This document shows positions 12,528-28,200 of a stretch of DNA of 64,000 bases, one piece after another (the stretch's first letter is position 1; each line of letters starts with the position of its first letter). Source of the DNA: Nemertoderma westbladi (Eukaryota; Animalia; Xenacoelomorpha); assembly GCA_032718475.1 (NCBI GenBank), contig JAUCBJ010009006.1, forward strand, positions 8,915 through 72,914, read 5' to 3'. Under the pieces are notes generated by a model. The model was not told the origin of the DNA and searched no databases. It saw nothing but the letters and a program-made list of their open reading frames with translations. Both the position numbers and the translations under genes were made by a program.

Positions 12528-15500
12528 GTTTTATCCGCTGAGACATACCGAATTACCTTTCAGCGACCTTTTTATCCACTGAGACATAAAAATTCTCTTT
12601 CAGCAACCTTTTTATCCGCTGAGACATACAAAATTATCTTTCAGCAACCTTTTTATCCGCTGAGACATACAGAATTATCTTTCAGCGACCTTTTTATCCG
12701 CTGAGACATACAAAATTATCTTTCAGCGACCTTTTTATCCGCGGAGACATACAAAATTATCTTTCAGCGACCTTTTTATCCGCTGAGACATACAAAATTC
12801 TCTTTCAGCGGCCTTTTTATCCGGTGAATTCTATTTCAGCGGCCTTTTTATCCGCTGAGACATACAAAATTCTCTTTCAGCGGCCTTTTTATCCGCTGAG
12901 ACATACAGAATTCTGTTTCAGCAACCTTTTTATCCGTTGAGACATACAAAATTCTCTTTCAGCGGCCTTTTTATCCGCTGAATTCTATTTCAGCGGCCTT
13001 TTTATCCGCTGAGACATACAAAATTATCTTTCAGCGGCCTTTTTATCCGCTGAGACATACAGAATTCTGTTTCAGCGACCTTTTTATCCATTGAGACATA
13101 CGCAATTCTCTTTCAGCGACCTTTTTATCCGCTGAGACATACAAAATTATCTTTCAGCTACGTTTTTATCCGCTGAGACATCAAAATTCTCTTTCAGCGG
13201 CCTTTTTATCCGCTGAGACATACAGAATTCTGTTTCAGCGACCTTTTTATCCGTTGAGACATACAAAATTTTCTTTCAGCGACCTTTTATCCGCCGAGAC
13301 ATACAAAATTATCTTTCAGCAAACTTTTTATCCGCTGAGACATACAAAATTCTCTTTCAGCGGCCTTTTTATCCGCTGATACATACAGAATTCTCTTTCA
13401 GCGGCCTTTTTATCCGCTGATACATACAGAATTCTGTTTCAGCGACCTTTTTATCCGTTGAGACATACAAAATTTTCTTTCAGCGACCTTTTATCCGCCG
13501 AGACATACAAAATTATCTTTCAGCAAACTTTTTATCCGCTGAGACATACAAAATTCTCTTTCAGCGGCCTTTTTATCCGCTGAGACATACAAAATTCTCT
13601 TTCAGCGGCCTTTTTATCCGCTGAGACATACAGAATTCTGTTTCAGCGACCTTTTTATCCGTTGAGACATACAAAATTCTCTTTCAGCGGCCTTTTTATC
13701 CGCCGAGACATACAAAATTATCTTTCAGCAAACTTTTTATCCGCTGAGACATACAAAATTCTCTTTCAGCGGCCTTTTTATCCGCTGAGACATACAAAAT
13801 TATCTTTCAGCGACCTTTTTATCCGCTGAGACATACAAAATTATCTTTCAGCGACCTTTTTATCCGCTGAGACATTCAAAATTATCTTTCAGCGACCTTT
13901 TTATCCGCTGAGACATACAAAATTATCTTTCAGCGACCTTTTTATCCGCTGAGACATACAAAATTATCTTTCAGCGGCCTTTTTATCCGCTGAGACATAC
14001 AAAATTCTCTTTCAGCGGCCTTTTTATCCGCTGAGACATACAAAATTCTCTTTCAGCGGCCTTTTTATCCGCTGAGACATACAAAATTCTCTTTCAGCGG
14101 CCTTTTTATCCGCTGAGACATACAGAATTCTGTTTCAGCGACCTTTTTATCCGTTGAGACATACAAAATTATCTTTCAGCAAACTTTTTATCCGCTGAGA
14201 CATACAAAATTATCTTTCAGCGACCTTTTTATCCGCTGAGACATACAAAATTTTCTTTCAGCGACCTTTTTATCCGTTGAGACATATAAAATTATCTTTC
14301 AGTGACCTTTTTATCCGCTGAGACATACAAAATTATCTTTCAGCGACCTTTTTATCCGCTGAGACATACAAAATTCTCTTTCAGCGGCCTTTTTATCCGC
14401 TGAGACATACAAAATTATCTTTCAGCAACCTTTTTATCCGCTGAGACATACAGAATTATCTTTCAGCGACCTTTTTATCCGCTGAGACATACAAAATTAT
14501 CTTTCAGCGACCTTTTTATCCGCTGAGACATACAAAATTATCTTTCAGCGACCTTTTTATCCGCTGAGACATACAAAATTATCTTTCAGCGGCCTTTTTA
14601 TCCGCTGAATTCTCTTTCAGCGGCCTTTTTATCCGCTGAGACATACAAAATTCTCTTTCAGCGGCCTTTTTATTCGCTGAGACATACAAAATTATCTTTC
14701 AGCAACCTTTTTATCCGCTGAGACATACAGAATTATCTTTCAGCGACCTTTTTATCCGCTGAGACATACAAAATTATCTTTCAGCGACCTTTTTATCCGC
14801 TGAGACATACAAAATTATCTTTCAGCGACCTTTTTATCCGCTGAGACATACAAAATTATCTTTCAGCGACCTTTTTATCCGCTGAGACATACAAAATTAT
14901 CTTTCAGCGGCCTTTTTATCCGCTGAATTCTCTTTCAGCGGCCTTTTTATCCGCTGAGACATACAAAATTCTCTTTCAGCGGCCTTTTTATCCGCTGAGA
15001 CATACAAAATTATCTTTCAGCAACCTTTTTATCCGCTGAGACATACAGAATTATCTTTCAGCGACCTTTTTATCCGCTGAGACATACAAAATTATCTTTC
15101 AGCGACCTTTTTATCCGCTGAGACATACAAAATTATCTTTCAGCGACCTTTTTATCCGCTGAGACATACAAAATTATCTTTCAGCGGCCTTTTTATCCGC
15201 TGAATTCTCTTTCAGCGGCCTTTTTATCCGCTGAGACATACAAAATTCTCTTTCAGCGGCCTTTTTATTCGCTGAGACATACAGAATTCTGTTTCAGCGA
15301 CCTTTCTATCCGTTGAGACATACAAAATTCTCTTTCAGCGGCCTTTTTATCCGCTGAGACATACAGAATTCTGTTTCAGCGACCTTTTTATCCGTTGAGA
15401 CATACAAAATTCTCTTTCAGCGACCTTTTTATCCGCTGAGACATACAAAATTCTCTTCCAGCGACCTTTTTATCCGCTGAGACATACAGAATTCTGTTTC

Positions 15501-15984
15501 AGCGACCTTTTTATCCGTTGAGACATACAAAATTCTCTTTCAGCGACCTTTTTTCCGCTGAGACATACAAAATTATCTTTCAGCAAACTTTTTATCCGCT
15601 GAGACATACAAAATTATCTTTCAGCGACCTTTTTATCCGCTGAGACATACAAAATTCTCTTTCAGCAACCTTTTTATCCGCTGAGACATACAAAATTTTC
15701 TTTCAGCGACCTTTTTATCCGCTGAGACATATAAAATTATCTTTCAGTGACCTTTTTATCCGCTGAGACATACAAAATTCTCTTTCAGCGACCTTTTTAT
15801 CCGCTGAGACATACAAAATTATCTTTCAGCGGCCTTTTTATCCGCTGAGACATACAAAATTCTCTTTCAGCGGCCTTTTTATCCGCTGAGACATACAAAA
15901 TTCTCTTTCAGCGGCCTTTTTCTCCGCTGAGACATACAAAATTCTCTTTCAGCGGCCTTTTTATCCGCTGAGACATACAAAATT
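12528..15984. repeat. 41-bp satellite block 2
   Basis: Same monomer; longest block (~3.46 kb). Confidence 0.98.
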
Positions 15985-17622
15985 TCTATATTGTTCACAA
16001 TATATCCATATTGGGAGCAATAATTATTAGCTCAAATTAATTAGTTACAATCCATTCAATATTCAAATAAAAATAATGTTAATTTAATTTAATTACATTT
16101 TATCGTAAAATAATTCATAGTGTCGAAGATTCACTGGGCAGGTGTAAAACGCGGATCCGGATTCCAAAATTATCAATTAAGGGAACGGAGCAGGTTACAG
16201 TGGCACGTTATTTAAACCAAAACAATGAACTAAAGTCAATTGAACAGGTTATAGTTTTATTTTTGGGAGTTTATAAAAATGTAAAAAAATCGACTTCCGA
16301 GGGACAATGTTAAATGTAGAATCCGGATCCGCGTTTTACTGTGACCCAGATTCACTGAGGTTTTATGCAAACTTTTATCAATAGAGCGATGATTATATTG
16401 AATTCGCCACTAATTGAATGCCACCCCAAATTAGATGATTTCATACTAAAAAAATTATTTAGCACCAAATATATTTTGTTGTAGCACCAATTCACATCCC
16501 CAATTTTGAATATCCCTCTCACCAAAAACAATTATTCATCCCCCAAAACCAGGCCCGTATGGTGACCATAATATCTGGGGGGGGGGGGGGGGCAGAGGCC
16601 AAATCTGGGGGGCATATAGCTTTCGTTTATTATTTTGGTTCCCCCAACACGCCTCTGTAACCTGCTCCTTTACTAACTGTAACAACACGCCTCTGTAACC
16701 TGCTCCTTGTAGAGTGTTTGCGAACCGTTAAGGTGGCGTACAACTCTGCATTCAGACATCTATTTGAGTATAGGCGTTGCGACGACGCTGACACAATATT
16801 TGTCTGCCACCGTGTTAACAACTTCAAAGCTGTCAGCCGGGTACTGGCATTCTCGTTGCGTAATCGCGTCGCAATTTCCTGCAATCCAATCCTTGTACAG
16901 TAGCTTGTGCAAACTTAGGTTACTCATCTCTCACTGATCGATGGGATGTGCTGCTTCTGTAATGCTCACCCCCCACTTCATGGCTTGCCCCCACATTATC
17001 GCGGCCTTCTCATATTTCAAATCCTTGCAAATATTATATAATATGAATTAATTCAATGTATATCTTATTATTTTTTTTTGAATACATCACACGCTACCGG
17101 TACTCAATTTTAATATTTAATATTTTGAATTCAGTAATGGGAATTGCTATTCTTTCGGTATTGGTTGGGCAGTGCCTGAGTGTATCTTTTTTTTGTTTTT
17201 TTTTGTATAATATTGTGCTTTCAAATTGCAAATGCGGTACCTTGGATATCGATTTAATTTAGTATTCTATATAGTATTCAATGTATCCTTGTGCATTTAG
17301 GTATTAATTGTGCTATGCTGTTAAATTTGGTAGTAATAATCTGTACAGTATGTTTTATGGGCTCTGCCCGATGAATAAACTTGAAATTGAAAAATTGAAA
17401 TTTACTAACCTCACCTTTAAAAGGGAATGGGAAATGGGACCTAACGCTCTTTGGGACGACTTTACCTCTTTGCTTTGTACAGAAAGGGCAGTAAAGTTCT
17501 TTGATCTTTGTTTTATACTCACCCGACGATCCTCGTACCAATAGCGCCACTGAGTGTCTGTTTATTTTGGTAGAATATTTGATTATTTTGGGGGAAATAA
17601 GCATTTTTTTTTTGGGGAATAT
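15985..17622. repeat. ~1.64-kb spacer, copy 2
   Basis: Near-identical to copy 1 (ORF offset 5096). Confidence 0.95.
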
Positions 17623-20414
17623 GTTTTATCCGCTGAGACATACCGAATTACCTTTCAGCGACCTTTTTATCCACTGAGACATAAAAATTCTCTTTCAGCA
17701 ACCTTTTTATCCGCTGAGACATACAAAATTATCTTTCAGCAACCTTTTTATCCGCTGAGACATACAGAATTATCTTTCAGCGACCTTTTTATCCGCTGAG
17801 ACATACAAAATTATCTTTCAGCGACCTTTTTATCCGCTGAGACATACAAAATTATCTTTCAGCGACCTTTTTATCCGCTGAGACATACAAAATTCTCTTT
17901 CAGCGGCCTTTTTATCCGGTGAATTCTATTTCAGCGGCCTTTTTATCCGCTGAGACATACAAAATTATCTTTCAGCGGCCTTTTTATCCGCTGAGACATA
18001 CAGAATTCTGTTTCAGCGACCTTTTTATCCATTGAGACATACGCAATTCTCTTTCAGCGACCTTTTTATCCGCTGAGACATACAAAATTATCTTTCAGCA
18101 ACGTTTTTATCCGCTGAGACATACAAAATTCTCTTTCAGCGGCCTTTTTATCCGCTGAGAAATACAAAATTCTCTTTCAGCGGCCTTTTTATCCGCTGAT
18201 ACATACAGAATTCTGTTTCAGCGACCTTTTTATCCGTTGAGACATACAAAATTTTCTTTCAGCGACCTTTTATCCGCCGAGACATACAAAATTATCTTTC
18301 AGCAAACTTTTTATCCGCTGAGACATACAAAATTATCTTTCAGCGGCCTTTTTATCCGCTGAGACATACAAAATTCTCTTTCAGCGGCCTTTTTATCCGC
18401 TGAGACATACAGAATTCTGTTTCAGCGACCTTTTTATCCGTTGAGACATACAAAATTATCTTTCAGCGACCTTTTTATCCGCTGAGACATACAAAATTAT
18501 CTTTCAGCGACCTTTTTATCCGCTGAGACATACAAAATTATCTTTCAGCGACCTTTTTATCCGCTGAGACATACACAATTCTCTTTCAGCGACCTTTTTA
18601 TCCGCTGAGACATACAAAATTATCTTTCAGCGGCCTTTTTATCCGCTGAGACATACAGAATTCTGTTTCAGCGACCTTTTTATCCGTTGAGACATACAAA
18701 ATTATCTTTCAGCAAACTTTTTATCCGCTGAGACATACAAAATTATCTTTCAGCGACCTTTTTATCCGCTGAGACATACAAAATTATCTTTCAGCGACCT
18801 TTTTATCCGCTGAGACATACAAAATTATCTTTCAGCGACCTTTTTATCCGCTGAGACATACACAATTCTCTTTCAGCGACCTTTTTATCCGCTGAGACAT
18901 ACAAAATTATCTTTCAGCGGCCTTTTTATCCGCTGAGACATACAAAATTCTCTTTCAGCGATCTTTTTATCCGCTGAGACATACAAAATTATCTTTCAGC
19001 GACCTTTTTATCCGCTGAGACATACAAAATTATCTTTCAGCGACCTTTTTATCCGCTGAGACATACAAAATTCTCTTTCAGCGGCCTTTTTATCCGGTGA
19101 ATTCTATTTCAGCGGCCTTTTTATCCGCTGAGACATACAAAATTATCTTTCAGCGGCCTTTTTATCCGCTGAGACATACAGAATTCTGTTTCAGCGACCT
19201 TTTTATCCATTGAGACATACGCAATTCTCTTTCAGCGACCTTTTTATCCGCTGAGACATACAAAATTATCTTTCAGCTACGTTTTTATCCGCTGAGACAT
19301 ACAAAATTCTCTTTCAGCGGCCTTTTTATCCGCTGAGACATACAAAATTCTCTTTCAGCGGCCTTTTTATCCGCTGATACATACAGAATTCTGTTTCAGC
19401 GACCTTTTTATCCGTTGAGACATACAAAATTTTCTTTCAGCGACCTTTTATCCGCCGAGACATACAAAATTATCTTTCAGCAAACTTTTTATCCGCTGAG
19501 ACATACAAAATTCTCTTTCAGCGGCCTTTTTATCCGCTGAGACATACAAAATTCTCTTTCAGCGGCCTTTTTATCCGCTGAGACATACAGAATTCTGTTT
19601 CAGCGACCTTTTTATCCGTTGAGACATACAAAATTCTCTTTCAGCGACCTTTTTATCCGCTGAGACATACAAAATTATCTTTCAGCGACCTTTTTATCCG
19701 CTGAGACATACAAAATTATCTTTCAGCGGCCTTTTTATCCGCTGAGACATACAAAATTCTCTTTCAGCGGCCTTTTTATCCGCTGAGACATACAAAATTC
19801 TCTTTCAGCGGCCTTTTTATCCGCTGAGACATACAAAATTCTCTTTCAGCGGCCTTTTTATCCGCTGAGACATACAGAATTCTGTTTCAGCGACCTTTTT
19901 ATCCGTTGAGACATACAAAATTATCTTTCAGCAAACTTTTTATCCGCTGAGACATACAAAATTATCTTTCAGCGACCTTTTTATCCGCTGAGACATACAA
20001 AATTATCTTTCAGCGACCTTTTTATCCGCTGAGACATACAAAATTCTCTTTCAGCAACCTTTTTATCCGCTGAGACATACAAAATTTTCTTTCAGCGACC
20101 TTTTTATCCGCTGAGACATATAAAATTATCTTTCAGTGACCTTTTTATCCGCTGAGACATACAAAATTATCTTTCAGCGACCTTTTTATCCGCTGAGACA
20201 TACACAATTCTCTTTCAGCGACCTTTTTATCGGCTGAGACATACAAAATTATCTTTCAGCGGCCTTTTTATCCGCTGAGACATACAAAATTCTCTTTCAG
20301 CGGCCTTTTTATCCGCTGAGACATACAAAATTCTCTTTCAGCGGCCTTTTTATCCGCTGAGACATACAAAATTCTCTTTCAGCGGCCTTTTTATCCGCTG
20401 AGACATACAAAATT
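17623..20414. repeat. 41-bp satellite block 3
   Basis: Same monomer. Confidence 0.98.
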
Positions 20415-22058
20415 TCTATATTGTTCACAATATATCCATATTGGGAGCAATAATTATTAGCTCAAATTAATTAGTTACAATCCATTCAATATTCAAATAA
20501 AAATAATGTTAATTTAATTTAATTACATTTTATCGTAAAATAATTCATAGTGTCGAAGATTCACTGGGCAGGTGTAAAACGCGGATCCGGATTCCAAAAT
20601 TATCAATTAAGGGAACGGAGCAGGTTACAGTGGCACGTTATTTAAACCAAAACAATGAACTAAAGTCAATTGAACAGGTTATAGTTTTATTTTTGGGAGT
20701 TTATAAAAATGTAAAAAAATCGACTTCCGAGGGACAATGTTAAATGTAGAATCCGGATCCGCGTTTTACTGTGACCCAGATTCACTGAGGTTTTATGCAA
20801 ACTTTTATCAATAGAGCGATGATTATATTGAATTCGCCACTAATTGAATGCCACCCCAAATTAGATGATTTCATACCAAAAAAATTATTTAGCACCAAAT
20901 ATATTTTGTTGTAGCACCAATTCACATCCCCAATTTTGAATATCCCTCTCACCAAAAACAATTATTCATCCCCCAAAACCAGGCCCGTATGGTGACCATA
21001 ATATCTGGGGGGGGGGGGGGGGGGGGGGCAGAGGCCAAATCTGGGGGGCATATAGCTTTCGTTTATTATTTTGGTTCCCCCAACACGCCTCTGTAACCTG
21101 CTCCTTTACTAACTGTAACAACACGCCTCTGTAACCTGCTCCTTGTAGAGTGTTTGCGAACCGTTAAGGTGGCGTACAACTCTGCATTCAGACATCTATT
21201 TGAGTATAGGCGTTGCGACGACGCTGACACAATATTTGTCTGCCACCGTGTTAACAACTTCAAAGCTGTCAGCCGGGTACTGGCATTCTCGTTGCGTAAT
21301 CGCGTCGCAATTTCCTGCAATCCAATCCTTGTACAGTAGCTTGTGCAAACTTAGGTTACTCATCTCTCACTGATCGATGGGATGTGCTGCTTCTGTAATG
21401 CTCACCCCCCACTTCATGGCTTGCCCCCACATTATCGCGGCCTTCTCATATTTCAAATCCTTGCAAATATTATATAATATGAATTAATTCAATGTATATC
21501 TTATTATTTTTTTTTGAATACATCACACGCTACCGGTACTCAATTTTAATATTTAATATTTTGAATTCAGTAATGGGAATTGCTATTCTTTCGGTATTGG
21601 TTGGGCAGTGCCTGAGTGTATCTTTTTTTTGTTTTTTTTTGTATAATATTGTGCTTTCAAATTGCAAATGCGGTACCTTGGATATCGATTTAATTTAGTA
21701 TTCTATATAGTATTCAATGTATCCTTGTGCATTTAGGTATTAATTGTGCTATGCTGTTAAATTTGGTAGTAATAATCTGTACAGTATGTTTTATGGGCTC
21801 TGCCCGATGAATAAACTTGAAATTGAAAAATTGAAATTTACTAACCTGCACCTTTAAAAGGGAATGGGAAATGGGACCTAACGCTCTTTGGGACGACTTT
21901 ACCTCTTTGCTTTGTACAGAAAGGGCAGTAAAGTTCTTTGATCTTTGTTTTATACTCACCCGACGATCCTCGTACCAATAGCGCCACTGAGTGTCTGTTT
22001 ATTTTGGTAGAATATTTGATTATTTTGGGGGAAATAAGCATTTTTTTTTGGGGAATAT
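20415..22058. repeat. ~1.64-kb spacer, copy 3
   Basis: Near-identical to copy 1. Confidence 0.95.
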
Positions 22059-23630
22059 GTTTTATCCGCTGAGACATACCGAATTACCTTTCAGCGACCT
22101 TTTTATCCACTGAGACATAAAAATTCTCTTTCAGCAACCTTTTTATCCGCTGAGACATACAAAATTATCTTTCAGCAACCTTTTTATCCGCTGAGACATA
22201 CAGAATTATCTTTCAGCGACCTTTTTATCCGCTGAGACATACAAAATTATCTTTCAGCGACCTTTTTATCCGCTGAGACATACAAAATTCTCTTTCAGCG
22301 ACCTTTTTATCCGCTGAGACATACAAAATTCTCTTCCAGCGACCTTTTTATCCGCTGAGACATACAAAATTATCTTTCAGCGACCTTTTTATCCGCTGAG
22401 ACATACAAAATTCTCTTTCAGCGGCCTTTTTATCCGCTGAATTCTCTTTCAGCGGCCTTTTTATCCGCTGAGACATACAAAATTCTCTTTCAGCGGCCTT
22501 TTTATCCGCTGAGACATACAGAATTCTGTTTCAGCGACCTTTTTATCCGTTGAGACATACAAAATTCTCTTTCAGCGACCTTTTTATCCGCTGAGACATA
22601 CAAAATTATCTTTCAGCAACTTTTTATCCGCTGAGACATACAAAATTCTCTTTCAGCGGCCTTTTTATCCGCTGAGACATACAAAATTCTCTTTCAGCGG
22701 CCTTTTTATCCGCTGAGACATACAGAATTCTGTTTCAGCGACCTTTTTATCCGTTGAGACATACAGAATTCTCTTTCAGCGACCTTTTTATCCGCTGAGA
22801 CATACAAAATTATCTTTCAGCGACCTTTTTATCCGCTGAGACATACAAAATTCTCTTTCAGCGACCTTTTTATCCGCTGAGACATACAAAATTCTCTTTC
22901 AGCGGCCTTTTTATCCGCTGAGACATACAAAATTCTCTTTCAGCAAACTTTTTATCCGCTGAGACATACAAAATTCTCTTTCAGCGACCTTTTTATCCGC
23001 TGAGACATACAAAATTCTCTTTCAGCGGCCTTTTTATCCGCTGAGACATACAAAATTCTCTTTCAGCGGCCTTTTTATCCGCTGAGACATACAAAATTCT
23101 CTTTCAGCGGCCTTTTTATCCGCTGAGACATACAAAATTCTCTTTCAGCGGCCTTTTTATCCGCTGAGACATACAAAATTCTCTTTCAGCGACCTTTTTA
23201 TCCGCTGAGACATACAAAATTCTCTTTCAGCGGCCTTTTTATCCGCTGAGACATACAAAATTCTCTTTCAGCGACCTTTTTATCCGCTGAGACATACAAA
23301 ATTATCTTTCAGCGACCTTTTTATCCGCTGAGACATACAAAATTCTCTTTCAGCGGCCTTTTTATCCGCTGAGACATACAAAATTCTCTTTCAGCGACCT
23401 TTTTATCCGCTGAGACATACAAAATTCTCTTTCAGCGGCCTTTTTATCCGCTGAGACATACAAAATTCTCTTTCAGCGGCCTTTTTATCCGCTGAGACAT
23501 ACACAATTCTGTTTCAGCGACCTTTTTATCCGTTGAGACATACAAAATTCTCTTTCAGCAACCTTTTATCCGCCGAGACATACAAAATTATCTTTTAGCG
23601 ACCTTTTTATCCGCTGAGACATACAAAATT
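22059..23630. repeat. 41-bp satellite block 4
   Basis: Same monomer. Confidence 0.98.
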
Positions 23631-25272
23631 TCTATATTGTTCACAATATATCCATATTGGGAGCAATAATTATTAGCTCAAATTAATTAGTTACAATCCA
23701 TTCAATATTGAAATAAAAATAATGTTAATTTAATTTAATTACATTTTATCGTAAAATAATTCATAGTGTCGAAGATTCACTGGGCAGGTGTAAAACGCGG
23801 ATCCGGATTCCAAAATTATCAATTAAGGGAACGGAGCAGGTTACAGTGGCACGTTATTTAAACCAAAACAATGAACTAAAGTCAATTGAACAGGTTATAG
23901 TTTTATTTTTGGGAGTTTATAAAAATGTAAAAAAAATCGACTTCCGAGGGACAATGTTAAATGTAGAATCCGGATCCGCGTTTTACTGTGACCCAGATTC
24001 ACTGAGGTTTTATGCAAACTTTTATCAATAGAGCGATGATTATATTGAATTCGCCACTAATTGAATGCCACCCCAAATTAGATGATTTCATACCAAAAAA
24101 ATTATTTAGCACCAAATATATTTTGTTGTAGCACCAATTCACATCCCCAATTTTGAATATCCCTCTCACCAAAAACAATTATTCATCCCCCAAAACCAGG
24201 CCCGTATGGTGACCATAATATCTGGGGGGGGGGGGGGGGGGGCAGAGGCCAAATCTGGGGGGCATATAGCTTTCGTTTATTATTTTGGTTCCCCCAACAC
24301 GCCTCTGTAACCTGCTCCTTTACTAACTGTAACAACACGCCTCTGTAACCTGCTCCTTGTAGAGTGTTTGCGAACCGTTAAGGTGGCGTACAACTCTGCA
24401 TTCAGACATCTATTTGAGTATAGGCGTTGCGACGACGCTGACACAATATTTGTCTGCCACCGTGTTAACAACTTCAAAGCTGTCAGCCGGGTACTGGCAT
24501 TCTCGTTGCGTAATCGCGTCGCAATTTCCTGCAATCCAATCCTTGTACAGTAGCTTGTGCAAACTTAGGTTACTCATCTCTCACTGATCGATGGGATGTG
24601 CTGCTTCTGTAATGCTCACCCCCCACTTCATGGCTTGCCCCCACATTATCGCGGCCTTCTCATATTTCAAATCCTTGCAAATATTATATAATATGAATTA
24701 ATTCAATGTATATCTTATTATTTTTTTTTGAATACATCACACGCTACCGGTACTCAATTTTAATATTTAATATTTTGAATTCAGTAATGGGAATTGCTAT
24801 TCTTTCGGTATTGGTTGGGCAGTGCCTGAGTGTATCTTTTTTTTGTTTTTTTTTGTATAATATTGTGCTTTCAAATTGCAAATGCGGTACCTTGGATATC
24901 GATTTAATTTAGTATTCTATATAGTATTCAATGTATCCTTGTGCATTTAGGTATTAATTGTGCTATGCTGTTAAATTTGGTAGTAATAATCTGTACAGTA
25001 TGTTTTATGGGCTCTGCCCGATGAATAAACTTGAAATTGAAAAATTGAAATTTACTAACCTGCACCTTTAAAAGGGAATGGGAAATGGGACCTAACGCTC
25101 TTTGGGACGACTTTACCTCTTTGCTTTGTACAGAAAGGGCAGTAAAGTTCTTTGATCTTTGTTTTATACTCACCCGACGATCCTCGTACCAATAGCGCCA
25201 CTGAGTGTCTGTTTATTTTGGTAGAATATTTGATTATTTTGGGGGAAATAAGCATTTTTTTTTGGGGAATAT
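23631..25272. repeat. ~1.64-kb spacer, copy 4
   Basis: Near-identical to copy 1. Confidence 0.95.
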
Positions 25273-28200
25273 GTTTTATCCGCTGAGACATACCGAATTA
25301 CCTTTCAGCGACCTTTTTATCCACTGAGACATACAAAATTCTCTTTCAGCAACCTTTTTATCCGCTGAGACATACAAAATTATCTTTCAGCAACCTTTTT
25401 ATCCGCTGAGACATACAGAATTATCTTTCAGCGACCTTTTTATCCGCTGAGACATACAAAATTATCTTTCAGCGACCTTTTTATCCGCTGAGACATACAA
25501 AATTATCTTTCAGCGACCTTTTTATCCGCTGAGACATACAAAATTCTCTTTCAGCGGCCTTTTTATCCGGTGAATTCTATTTCAGCGGCCTTTTTATCCG
25601 CTGAGACATACAAAATTCTCTTTCAGCGGCCTTTTTATCCGCTGAGACATACAGAATTCTCTTTCAGCAACCTTTTTATCCGCTGAGACATACAAAATTC
25701 TCTTTCAGCGGCCTTTTTATCCGCTGAGACATACAAAATTCTCTTTCAGCGGCCTTTTTATCCGCTGAGACATACAAAATTCTCTTTCAGCGGCCTTTTT
25801 ATCCGCTGAGACATACAAAATTCTCTTTCAGCGGCCTTTTTATCCGCTGAGACATACAAAATTCTCTTTCAGCGACCTTTTTATCCGCTGAGACATACAA
25901 AATTATCTTTCAGCAAACTTTTTATCCGCTGAGACATACAAAATTATCTTTCAGCGGCCTTTTTATCCGCTGAGACATACAAAATTCTCTTTCAGCGGCC
26001 TTTTTATCCGCTGAGACATACAAAATTCTCTTTCAGCGACCTTTTTATCCGCTGAGACATACAGAATTATCTTTCAGCAAACTTTTTATCCGCTGAGACA
26101 TACAGAATTCTCTTTCAGCGGCCTTTTTATCCGCTGAGACATACAAAATTCTCTTTCAGCGGCCTTTTTATCCGCTGAGACATACAAAATTCTCTTTCAG
26201 CAAACTTTTTATCCGCTGAGACATACAGAATTATCTTTCAGCGGCCTTTTTATCCGCTGAGACATACAAAATTCTCTTTCAGCGGCCTTTTTATCCGCTG
26301 AGACATACAAAATTCTCTTTCAGCGGCCTTTTTATCCGCTGAGACATACAAAATTCTCTTTCAGCGGCCTTTTTATCCGCTGAGACATACAGAATTATCT
26401 TTCAGCGACCTTTTTATCCGCTGAGACATACAAAATTCTCTTTCAGCGGCCTTTTTATCCGCTGAGACATACAAAATTATCTTTCAGCGACCTTTTTATC
26501 CGCTGAGACATACAAAATTATCTTTCAGCGGCCTTTTTATCCGCTGAGACATACAGAATTATCTTTCAGCGACCTTTTTATCCGTTGAGACATACAAAAT
26601 TCTCTTTCAGCGACCTTTTTATCCGCTGAGACATACAAAATTCTCTTTCAGCGGCCTTTTTATCCGCTGAGACATACAAAATTCTCTTTCAGCGGCCTTT
26701 TTATCCGCTGAGACATACAAAATTCTCTTTCAGCGGCCTTTTTATCCGCTGAGACATACAAAATTCTCTTTCAGCGGCCTTTTTATCCGCTGAGACATAT
26801 AGAATTATCTTTCAGCGACCTTTTTATCCGCTGAGACATACAAAATTCTCTTTCAGCGGCCTTTTTATCCGCTGAGACATACAGAATTATCTTTCAGCGA
26901 CCTTTTTATCCGTTGAGACATACAAAATTCTCTTTCAGCGACCTTTTTATCCGCTGAGACATACAAAATTCTCTTTCAGCGGCCTTTTTATCCGCTGAGA
27001 CATACAAAATTCTCTTTCAGCGGCCTTTTTATCCGCTGAGACATACAAAATTCTCTTTCAGCGGCCTTTTTATCCGCTGAGACATATAGAATTATCTTTC
27101 AGCGACCTTTTTATCCGCTGAGACATACAAAATTCTCTTTCAGCGGCCTTTTTATCCGCTGAGACATACAGAATTATCTTTCAGCGACCTTTTTATCCGT
27201 TGAGACATACAAAATTCTCTTTCAGCGACCTTTTTATCCGCTGAGACATACAGAATTATCTTTCAGCGACCTTTTTATCCGTTGAGACATACAAAATTCT
27301 CTTTCAGCGACCTTTTTATCCGCTGAGACATACAAAATTCTCTTTCAGCGGCCTTTTTATCCGCTGAGACATACAAAATTATCTTTCAGCGGCCTTTTTA
27401 TCCGCTGAGACATATAGAATTATCTTTCAGCGACCTTTTTATCCGCTGAGACATACAAAATTCTCTTTCAGCGGCCTTTTTATCCGCTGAGACATACAGA
27501 ATTATCTTTCAGCGACCTTTTTATCCGTTGAGACATACAAAATTCTCTTTCAGCGACCTTTTTATCCGCTGAGACATACAAAATTCTCTTTCAGCGACCT
27601 TTTTATCCGCTGAGACATACAAAATTCTCTTTCAGCTGCCTTTTTATCCGCTGAGACATACAAAATTCTCTTTCAGCGGCCTTTTTATCCGCTGAGACAT
27701 ACAAAATTCTCTTTCAGCGGCCTTTTTATCCGCTGAGACATACAGAATTCTGTTTCAGCGACCTTTTTATCCGCTGAGACATACAAAATTCTCTTTCAGC
27801 GGCCTTTTTATCCGCTGAGACATACAAAATTCTCTTTCAGCAAACTTTTTATCCGCTGAGACATACAGAATTATCTTTCAGCGACCTTTTTATCCGCTGA
27901 GACATACAAAATTCTCTTTCAGCTGACCTTTTTATCCGCTGAGACATACAAAATTCTCTTTCAGCGGCCTTTTTATCCGCTGAGACATACAAAATTCTCT
28001 TTCAGCGGCCTTTTTATCCGCTGAGACATATAAAATTATCTTTCAGCGACCTTTTTATCCGCTGAGACATACAAAATTCTCTTTCAGCGGCCTTTTTATC
28101 CGCTGAGACATACAAAATTATCTTTCAGCGACCTTTTTATCCGCTGAGACATACAAAATTCTCTTTCAGCGGCCTTTTTATCCGCTGAGACATACAAAAT

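Noticed and set aside
11534-12546. Short ORFs repeated in each spacer (84, 68, 78-108 aa), including a YCPFC peptide
   Set aside because: They are antisense to the LINE fragment, low-complexity UTR, or change frame between copies; identity reflects DNA duplication, not coding constraint.
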